A stretch of DNA of 32,000 bases from Candidatus Saccharimonadota bacterium (GTDB lineage Bacteria; Patescibacteriota; Saccharimonadia; Saccharimonadales; Saccharimonadaceae): NCBI GenBank assembly GCA_023898645.1, contig CP060232.1:480001-512000 (forward strand). The letters are read 5' to 3'. A model generated the notes under the pieces. That model searched no databases and was not told the DNA's origin. It saw only the letters and a program-made list of their open reading frames with translations. Below are positions 25,339 through 31,574 of the stretch, piece by piece; position 1 is the first letter of the stretch, and each line of letters starts with the position of its first letter. Position numbers and translations under genes: made by a program.

Positions 25339-27006
25339 ATGCCGTATGTCGTAGAAGAAGATTCCCATGCACTAGCTGAAGAGAGTAAGATTCAGCAAGC
25401 TCGACGTGACCACGAAGAGAAGTCAACTGCACAGCGTGCAGCGATTCTAGGGTTGCCATACCTTGATTCACGCGAATTTGAGCAGCAACTAAACCTTGTT
25501 CGTGAAGGTATGATGACAATTCAGGAGATGCACGAGTGGCGAATGGTACCACTTCAGATGGGGTCTGAATATGAGCCGTTTCGATTTGGCGCGACGAGCA
25601 ATACGCCAGAGTCGGTCATACAAAAAATTAAGCAAAAGTACGCCGACCAGGGTCGCGAAGCACAAATATTTCTGATTACGAATAGCGGCTACACGGTCCT
25701 GATGAACCGTTACGATCCTCCTAAAAAGGTCATTTACGACGACATTACCATAGCTAAGACTGGCGACAGTTCTACGATTGCGCAGGTGAGCAAGACGCTC
25801 AATACCGTTGGGTCCGACCAAATATTAGACTATCTAATAGATCAGGCCGATCGCTTGGGCGCCAGCGATATTCACGTTGAGAACCAGCGCAACTATATAC
25901 GTATTCGCATGCGTGTGGACGGCGCCTTGCATCCGGTCGCAGAAATCAACAAAGACAAATATCGTATACTGATGGGCGCCATCGGCTCACGAGCGAATAT
26001 CTCATCTGCCGCTAATACATCGCAGTCCGGTCATATTCAAAAGGACATTAACAGAAACGGCGCGACCCACTTATTGAACATTCGTATTGAAACTGTGCCA
26101 AGTATGTATGGCCAAGACGCCGTATTGCGTCTATTTAACTTTGACGAGTCTATGCTAAACCTTGATCTACTCGGTATACCAGAACGCGAAATGGCTGAGC
26201 TTCGAGAGATTACACGACACCCACGCGGTATGATGCTGATGGTTGGACCTACGGGTAGTGGTAAATCAACTACTCTCTATAGTACTTTGAACGCTCTTAA
26301 TAATTCCGAGCGCAAGATTCTGACACTTGAGGATCCGATTGAGTACGGTATCAGCGGAATCACACAAATTCCAGTCGATACGACGCATGGTCAAACGTTT
26401 GCCGACGGATTGCGATCAATCCTGCGCATGGACCCTGATGTCGTTATGCTTGGTGAGATTCGTGATGTCGATACTGCAAAAACAGCCATCCAGGCTTCGA
26501 TTACTGGCCACTTGGTGCTTAGTTCGTTTCACGCAAATTCTACTTCTGCTGCATTTAGCCGTATGATTGGCATGATTGGCATCAATCCGATATTCAGTAG
26601 CGCCATACGATTGCTCATCGCACAGCGATTGGTTCGAAAATTATATGATCCGTCCAAAGAAGAGTACGTACCCGACGAGGCGACACAACGATGGATACGC
26701 AAAACACTCGAAGGCGTGGCGGCCGATAGGATGGAGGGTATCGACCTTAACAACATTAAACTTTGGAAGCCTGTAGTACACCCAGATGCGCCATTCGGAT
26801 ATAAGGGTCGTATAGTCGTTATGGAACAGATGGTTGTTAATCAAAACATCCAAGCCTTCTTGCGCGGCGACATTGCCGATGCAAATCCTGAGAATATTGA
26901 AAAAGAAGCAAAGCGTTCCGCTGGTCTTATTACTCTCATTCAAGCGGGTACGTTGGCGGCCTTGCGGGGGCAGACTACTTTAGAAGAAGTCAATAAATCT
27001 ATATAG
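25339..27006 (+). CDS. pilB: GspE/PilB-type secretion or type IV pilus assembly ATPase
   Basis: 555 aa. It shows Walker A GPTGSGKSTT, Asp box, Walker B DPDVVMLGEIRD and His box GHLVLSSFHAN. The N-terminal GspE_N-like region reads AAILGLPYLD. Confidence 0.88.
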   Translation: MPYVVEEDSHALAEESKIQQARRDHEEKSTAQRAAILGLPYLDSREFEQQLNLVREGMMTIQEMHEWRMVPLQMGSEYEPFRFGATSNTPESVIQKIKQKYADQGREAQIFLITNSGYTVLMNRYDPPKKVIYDDITIAKTGDSSTIAQVSKTLNTVGSDQILDYLIDQADRLGASDIHVENQRNYIRIRMRVDGALHPVAEINKDKYRILMGAIGSRANISSAANTSQSGHIQKDINRNGATHLLNIRIETVPSMYGQDAVLRLFNFDESMLNLDLLGIPEREMAELREITRHPRGMMLMVGPTGSGKSTTLYSTLNALNNSERKILTLEDPIEYGISGITQIPVDTTHGQTFADGLRSILRMDPDVVMLGEIRDVDTAKTAIQASITGHLVLSSFHANSTSAAFSRMIGMIGINPIFSSAIRLLIAQRLVRKLYDPSKEEYVPDEATQRWIRKTLEGVAADRMEGIDLNNIKLWKPVVHPDAPFGYKGRIVVMEQMVVNQNIQAFLRGDIADANPENIEKEAKRSAGLITLIQAGTLAALRGQTTLEEVNKSI

Positions 27007-27089
27007 CTATTTACAAAATTAATATAAGTTGTATAGTATAATTATTCCCGTTTTATTAAATATACACGGGTCGCACGAAGGAGCTGTTG

Positions 27090-27269
27090 ATGCGTATCAT
27101 CAACGAACACCTTGAAACAACACCCGACAATCGCCAACGTATCCTGACAGGCATCGAGCTGTTCAGGATAGGTCAGCGGAGATTCGGCCGATTCGTTAGT
27201 ACTCTACACGACAAGGACGGCCCTCACAGCTTTGTTCATTACTGGAGGAAAGTCGGGGCAATCACCTGA
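27090..27269 (+). CDS. Small hypothetical protein (59 aa)
   Basis: The ATG is preceded by an ideal SD, AAGGAG (27078-27083, 6-nt spacing), and the ORF is followed by a GC-rich hairpin. I see no similarity to anything I know. Confidence 0.45.
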   Translation: MRIINEHLETTPDNRQRILTGIELFRIGQRRFGRFVSTLHDKDGPHSFVHYWRKVGAIT

Positions 27270-27277
27270 AGCCCGCC

Positions 27278-27321
27278 ATAAGCCCGCCGGAGTAATCCGA
27301 CAACCGTTTTGGCGGGCTTAT
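27278..27321 (+). terminator. GC-rich hairpin after the 59-aa ORF (11-bp stem ATAAGCCCGCC/GGCGGGCTTAT, 22-nt loop)
   Basis: I checked stem complementarity by eye. The long loop and interrupted T-tract make it atypical for an intrinsic terminator. Confidence 0.45.
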
Positions 27322-27325
27322 TAAA

Positions 27326-27354
27326 TTGACAAAACTTAAGCTATTTGGTATAAT
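27326..27354 (+). promoter_or_regulatory. Perfect consensus sigma70 promoter: TTGACA-17 nt-TATAAT with an extended TGn
   Basis: TTGACA is at 27326-27331, TG at 27346-27347 and TATAAT at 27349-27354. It is the only full-consensus -35/-10 pair I found in the window. Confidence 0.7.
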
Positions 27355-27406
27355 ATTTCCTACGAATACCTCATCGGGAGGTGTTGAACCAATTACGAGA
27401 GAGTCA

Positions 27407-27733
27407 ATGATGACTACTATGGTAATAGATATCGAGCATGGCGAGCTGGCAAAGAAGTTCATGGGTGCGGTGGGAAAGTATCTTATCCATCATGCAACCC
27501 GCCAGTACTGGGCATTCATCGACATCATCACCGTTCTCGACATGATCGAGTCTGGTGAGCTTCCGGGAACTTACAACTGGGGCTTCTACGAGCGACGCAT
27601 GAATGAGCTGCGTGCTCCGGACTGTCAGGAGCGGTGTGTGTTCGAGCGACTAGTCGGCTTTATTAAGTCGGAGTGGTCGACCTTAAGCGCCGACCAGCAA
27701 TCGCGCGCTCAGAAGTTCGAACTTCACTCCTAG
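27407..27733 (+). CDS. Small hypothetical protein (108 aa)
   Basis: It lies downstream of a consensus promoter (27326-27354) and is followed by a 17-bp perfect hairpin. The start is ambiguous: ATG 27407 has a weak SD, while an in-frame ATT at 27392 lies 10 nt after GGAGG. The track start at 27326 falls inside the -35 box. Confidence 0.55.
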   Translation: MMTTMVIDIEHGELAKKFMGAVGKYLIHHATRQYWAFIDIITVLDMIESGELPGTYNWGFYERRMNELRAPDCQERCVFERLVGFIKSEWSTLSADQQSRAQKFELHS

Positions 27734-27747
27734 CCCAGCATTTGACC

Positions 27748-27790
27748 GCCCGTCATCGGAACACGCAAACTGTGTGTTCCGATGACGGGC
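27748..27790 (+). terminator. 17-bp perfect hairpin (GCCCGTCATCGGAACAC / GTGTTCCGATGACGGGC) after the 108-aa ORF
   Basis: I verified the reverse complement by eye. It starts 15 nt after the stop codon and is followed by TTATCTAT, a weak U-tract. Confidence 0.65.
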
Positions 27791-27891
27791 TTATCTATAG
27801 GCAAAATGTCCGTATTACCCTTTTAAAACGGTAAAAAGTATGCTAAAGTATGTAATTGATTGTATTTATAAATTTCAAAGCGAGAGATAAG

Positions 27892-28338
27892 ATGAGTTTT
27901 GCATTAATCCAAAAAGTGAATGACGAGCAGAAAAAACCTGCTGTCGTAGACGCACGAAGCGGCGATACTGTTCGCGTGCACCAGAAAATCCGTGAAGGCA
28001 ATAAAGAGCGTATTCAGGTCTTCGAAGGTGTTGTTATCCGCACTGACAACAAGAAGCAGCATACAAGCCGCATTACAGTGCGAAAGGTAACGAGTGGCGT
28101 TGGCGTTGAAAAGAGCTTCTTGCTTCATAACCCGCTTGTTGAAAAAGTCGAGATTGTTCGCCGTTCAAAGGTTCGCCGTAACTTCTTGTCATACCTACGT
28201 CACCGTAGTGGTAAGAGTGCACGTTTGACCGCAGTGAACTTTGATCGTGCAGCAGTCAACGAGGTTGCTGACTCACGCGTCGAAGAAGAGGCTGTAGTGG
28301 AAGCTGAAGCTGAAGCTCCACAAAACGAAGAGAAATAA
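27892..28338 (+). CDS. rplS: 50S ribosomal protein L19, with an acidic C-terminal extension
   Basis: It shows GDTVRVHQKIREGNKERIQVFEGVVI...ITVRK...GVEKSFLLHNP...VRRSKVRR. The start is set at ATG 27892 (MSFALIQ). Confidence 0.93.
   Translation: MSFALIQKVNDEQKKPAVVDARSGDTVRVHQKIREGNKERIQVFEGVVIRTDNKKQHTSRITVRKVTSGVGVEKSFLLHNPLVEKVEIVRRSKVRRNFLSYLRHRSGKSARLTAVNFDRAAVNEVADSRVEEEAVVEAEAEAPQNEEK
28300..28317 (+). repeat. (GAAGCT)x3 micro-tandem repeat encoding EAEAEA in the L19 tail
   Basis: Read directly from the sequence. Confidence 0.9.
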
Positions 28339-28353
28339 GTATATTACAAAGAG

Positions 28354-28381
28354 AAAACGCTCCGAATCTCGGAGCGTTTTT
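28354..28381. terminator. Rho-independent terminator after rplS, potentially bidirectional
   Basis: AAAACGCTCCGA-atc-TCGGAGCGTTTTT forms an 11-12 bp stem. It has an A-tract upstream and a T-tract downstream, and lies between the convergent rplS gene and the 28393 ORF. Confidence 0.8.
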
Positions 28382-28392
28382 AATATGATTGG

Positions 28393-28593
28393 TCAGATTG
28401 TACGATTTGGCGGCTTCGGTCTCGTAATCCATGACCATCCCGTACTGAAGGCCCTGTAGGGCAAGACGAACGGGCAGAGTAAAATCTCTTTGAACGAAGC
28501 GCCTTCACCGTAGTGTGCGTACGATATCACCACGCAAACTGTTAAATAGCTTGAGAAGATGAAAAGTGCGACGGCTGCGTATAGAGGGTACAT
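28393..28593 (-). CDS. Possible small membrane protein (66 aa)
   Basis: ATG 28593 has GAAAGG 6 nt upstream, and the N-terminal 26 aa are hydrophobic. The remainder looks atypical, so it may not be coding. Confidence 0.3.
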   Translation of the reverse strand: MYPLYAAVALFIFSSYLTVCVVISYAHYGEGASFKEILLCPFVLPYRAFSTGWSWITRPKPPNRTI

Positions 28594-28718
28594 ATTAAGC
28601 CTTTCGACATCGTTGTCACTTGAGGCGGAGTTTTTGGAGAATGTAGCGCATACCATCTTTCATGTACATTAACCCATCGCGTACGAGGAGACTAAAGTAC
28701 ACGAATTTTGTGTGAATT

Positions 28719-28868
28719 CTAGTACGTTTCGTCGTTATTCGGCGTGTCCGACGGCTCATCTAGAATACCGGTTGGGTTGCCTTTAGTCACTCGAAGCGGA
28801 GCTATGAGCGAGTAGGCATAGATGAGGCCGACGATGATGATAGCCGGTAGGATGATCCACCATGCCAT
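28719..28868 (-). CDS. Possible small membrane protein (49 aa), below the ORF-track cutoff
   Basis: My hand translation of the minus strand gives MAWWIILPAIIIVGLIYAYSLIAPLRVTKGNPTGILDEPSDTPNNDETY followed by a stop. It has a clean TM helix and an acidic tail. Confidence 0.35.
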   Translation of the reverse strand: MAWWIILPAIIIVGLIYAYSLIAPLRVTKGNPTGILDEPSDTPNNDETY

Positions 28869-28926
28869 GCTTTTCCAATCATAGTAGGTTCGACGCACGG
28901 ACGTACGTTTAATGGTAACTGTACGA

Positions 28927-28957
28927 TATAATTAATGAAAAGTCAATGACGTACAAT
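28927..28957 (+). promoter_or_regulatory. Two candidate -10 boxes for rnhB-yraN: TATAAT (28927-28932) and TACAAT (28952-28957)
   Basis: TATAAT lies 13 nt before ATG 28946. TACAAT lies 6 nt before the in-frame ATG 28964. Confidence 0.35.
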
Positions 28958-29932
28958 AGTTCTATGATTCTTGGTATTGATGAAGTCGGAAGGGGGCCGT
29001 GGGCTGGGCCACTAGTCGTAGGAGCGGTCGTACTAGGGGGTTCTACTATCGAAGGTCTTACAGACAGTAAGAAATTGACAAAGAAGCGAAGAGAAGAGCT
29101 AGATGAGCTTATACGACAACAGTCTGCAGGTTATGGCCTAGGCTGGGTTCATGCAGACGAGATTGACGAAATAGGGCTTGGAGAAGCGCTACGGCTTGCG
29201 ACGAGGCGGGCAGTCGAGCAGGTGAAGACGCCGTATCACGAAATCATCATCGACGGTACGATTAATTTGCTGGCCAATACAACAAAAGGTGAATATGTGA
29301 CAACGTTGCCAAAAGCCGATCTGTTGGTACCAAGTGTCAGTGCAGCATCAATTATAGCCAAGGTCGCACGCGACAATTATATGGCAGAACAAGACTCGAT
29401 GTATGAAGGCTATAAATTTTCATCGCACGTTGGTTATGGTACGGCTGCTCATCGCGCTGCTATAGAAAAGAATGGTGTCACGCCGCTTCATCGGCTGTCG
29501 TTTGCTCCGTTGGCGAAATACAGAAAAGAACCTGGTCAGGTTCGGGCTGCAGATGATTCGACACACAAACAGTCCCGCCAGCCTGCATCGACGACAAAGA
29601 CCGTAGGAGATGCTGCCGAAGATGAAGTGGCGAATTATTTGCAGCGGCAGGGCCATGAAATAATTGAGCGAAATTGGAAGACGAAGTACTGTGAAATCGA
29701 CATTGTTTCGCTGAAGGATGAGACGGTATACTTTACGGAAGTGAAATATCGCAAGCATCAAGATCAAGGCGGAGGGTTCGCTGCTATAACAAAGAAGAAA
29801 CAAAATCAGATGAACTATGCTGCAAAGTTTTATACCCAGGTAAAGAAACTGGTGAATACCGACCTGCTTCTTGCAGCTGCTTCGGTCACGGGCGAATATC
29901 CTGCGGTCGAGGAATGGATCGTACTAGATTAG
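28946..29932 (+). CDS. rnhB: Ribonuclease HII fused to a YraN/UPF0102-family (PD-(D/E)xK-like) endonuclease domain
   Basis: aa 7-193 (GIDEVGRGPWAGPLVVGAV, DSKKL, IIDG, SAASIIAKV) is RNase HII. aa 194-218 is a polar linker. aa 219-328 (EDEVANYLQRQGHEIIERNWKTKYCEIDIVSLKDETVYFTEVKYRK) is YraN-like. An alternative start is ATG 28964. Confidence 0.9.
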   Translation: MTYNSSMILGIDEVGRGPWAGPLVVGAVVLGGSTIEGLTDSKKLTKKRREELDELIRQQSAGYGLGWVHADEIDEIGLGEALRLATRRAVEQVKTPYHEIIIDGTINLLANTTKGEYVTTLPKADLLVPSVSAASIIAKVARDNYMAEQDSMYEGYKFSSHVGYGTAAHRAAIEKNGVTPLHRLSFAPLAKYRKEPGQVRAADDSTHKQSRQPASTTKTVGDAAEDEVANYLQRQGHEIIERNWKTKYCEIDIVSLKDETVYFTEVKYRKHQDQGGGFAAITKKKQNQMNYAAKFYTQVKKLVNTDLLLAAASVTGEYPAVEEWIVLD

Positions 29933-31519
29933 CTCGTCTTTTTTCTGGTTGAGGAATTGCGTCCACTGACGCACGAGTCGCAGGATAGTTTTGAGGGGCA
30001 GTTCGATCAAGATATCTAGCACGGTAGCGACGATGTTGACCTGACTATAGCGGTAAGATATTTGCTGGCCTACAGCGATGAACGGCATATAGATAATGTC
30101 GCGCAATAGAGAAAGGGAGCCTTGCGGTGTGTTGACTACTTCTAGTTCGTGAATCTGACGACTCAAACGGAAAGACAGGAAGCTGGCCGTTGACAAGAAG
30201 GTAAAGAATATAAAGCCTTGGACTATGTTAAATTCAATCAAGTAAAGTCCGTAAGTAAGAGCGGCAAAAGCGATAAAGAAAATCGTGGCGTACATACTAT
30301 TGAAGATAATTGACGAGGTCTTCTTAGGGATTCGTAGCGGGTAGGCCTTAGTGTCGCCGTCAAATATCATGTGGGACACTTGTTTTATAACTGCCGAGGT
30401 GTTGCGATCTACTGGCTTTGAAAGAGTTACGCGACTAAACGCGATGAACAGAGCTGGGAAAAATAGATTTACCGCAAACGGCGTCCACAATATATGCCCG
30501 CTTATAAATATGTCGTAAGGTACTTCAACTGCAAAACCGACAAGGCCTTTGGTGATGAGAAGGAATATGACGCTGCGTATGATTCCTACATCTAGACGTT
30601 TGTCGAGCGCTGTATATTCCGCTTCTATGTGACGGTGAAGGTTCTGTTCGAGTGCTTCAGGCGATTTAAGCGACTGTGCTGTCAAAGGTGCTTCTTTGCC
30701 GTAGAAGCCACTGTAGATGAACCTGAGCGAAGCGCCATTCTTGCTGACGATACGTGTCATATTGACAGTCGTCTTTGCGTCGAATAGGACGTCGACCCTA
30801 CGGTTGAATTGTTCAAATGCTTTGATGTCATCTATATCTTGTCGGTAACTGTCGATAAGAGCTGTTCGGATGGTTGCATTGTCGGATTTAAGTAACGATC
30901 TATGTATAGCGATATAGAGAATTATTGAGAAATCTTCTTGATTGAATACTTCATAATCTTTAATTATTTTTTTGGTGTTAATTTTTTCATGCAGATAGCT
31001 ATAGGCAAAATGAGCAAACATAAGTTGCCGGATATGACTTTGCAGAGTTTGTTCGGAGCGGACAGCAAGAACATCGAGTATCCATTTTTGAAATGCGGCA
31101 CGATCATCAATGTCGTTATCGGAACCAACGTAGTTCCAGTAGGCGTTGTAATAACGTTTTATGTCACGGTCAATGATTTTAACATCGGCTTTGGTGGTGT
31201 GGTCATTGGCTAAATATTCAGCTTGCGTAAGCTCCGCAACAAGTTCATCGGCTAGGTTTTTTGTTGAAGCTTTGGCATGAAAAGACAATACTCGTCGCAG
31301 ATAACGACGAATCGCGCGCTGCTGGAGTAGATCGCCTTCGGAATATTCCGAGGCATTGCGCAATTGCTCGTAGGCTGTAGAAATGGTGTTGCCAACCGTC
31401 GGGATATGGATAGTATCTTTTTCACGCCGGGCAAGTATGTCAGCTTCGTATGTGTCAATTCGTTTTAGCGAATCAGCAAGCAATCGCCCTAGCTGGCTTA
31501 TCTGAGAATTTTGATTCAC
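29924..31519 (-). CDS. Hypothetical polytopic membrane protein (531 aa)
   Basis: The N-terminal ~320 aa are helical and soluble, and the C-terminal region has about 4-6 TM segments. The start is GTG, and the 3' end overlaps rnhB-yraN by 9 nt. I cannot confidently recognise a family. Confidence 0.75.
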   Translation of the reverse strand: MNQNSQISQLGRLLADSLKRIDTYEADILARREKDTIHIPTVGNTISTAYEQLRNASEYSEGDLLQQRAIRRYLRRVLSFHAKASTKNLADELVAELTQAEYLANDHTTKADVKIIDRDIKRYYNAYWNYVGSDNDIDDRAAFQKWILDVLAVRSEQTLQSHIRQLMFAHFAYSYLHEKINTKKIIKDYEVFNQEDFSIILYIAIHRSLLKSDNATIRTALIDSYRQDIDDIKAFEQFNRRVDVLFDAKTTVNMTRIVSKNGASLRFIYSGFYGKEAPLTAQSLKSPEALEQNLHRHIEAEYTALDKRLDVGIIRSVIFLLITKGLVGFAVEVPYDIFISGHILWTPFAVNLFFPALFIAFSRVTLSKPVDRNTSAVIKQVSHMIFDGDTKAYPLRIPKKTSSIIFNSMYATIFFIAFAALTYGLYLIEFNIVQGFIFFTFLSTASFLSFRLSRQIHELEVVNTPQGSLSLLRDIIYMPFIAVGQQISYRYSQVNIVATVLDILIELPLKTILRLVRQWTQFLNQKKDELI

Positions 31520-31526
31520 GAAACCA

Positions 31527-31532
31527 ATTATA
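31527..31532 (-). promoter_or_regulatory. -10 box TATAAT (minus strand), 7 nt upstream of the GTG start at 31519
   Basis: The reverse complement of attata gives the box. The spacing is leaderless-type but the start codon is GTG, which is unusual. Confidence 0.35.
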
Positions 31533-31574
31533 ACCTTTCTTTGACGTCAATGCGGGACAATCACGAATATTAAA

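Noticed and set aside
27326-27406. The tracked TTG start at 27326 for the 135-aa ORF.
   Set aside because: That TTG is the first three bases of the consensus -35 hexamer TTGACA, so the transcript cannot include it.
27856-27891. The tracked TTG start at 27856 for rplS.
   Set aside because: ATG 27892 (MSFALIQKV) gives a canonical L19 N-terminus. The 12-aa extension is AT-rich promoter-like sequence.
28240-28338. The acidic ~35-aa C-terminal extension of L19, with (GAAGCT)x3 encoding EAEAEA.
   Set aside because: Ribosomal protein tails vary between lineages, and the repeat is a trivial in-frame microsatellite. I recorded it as a feature but do not consider it a system.
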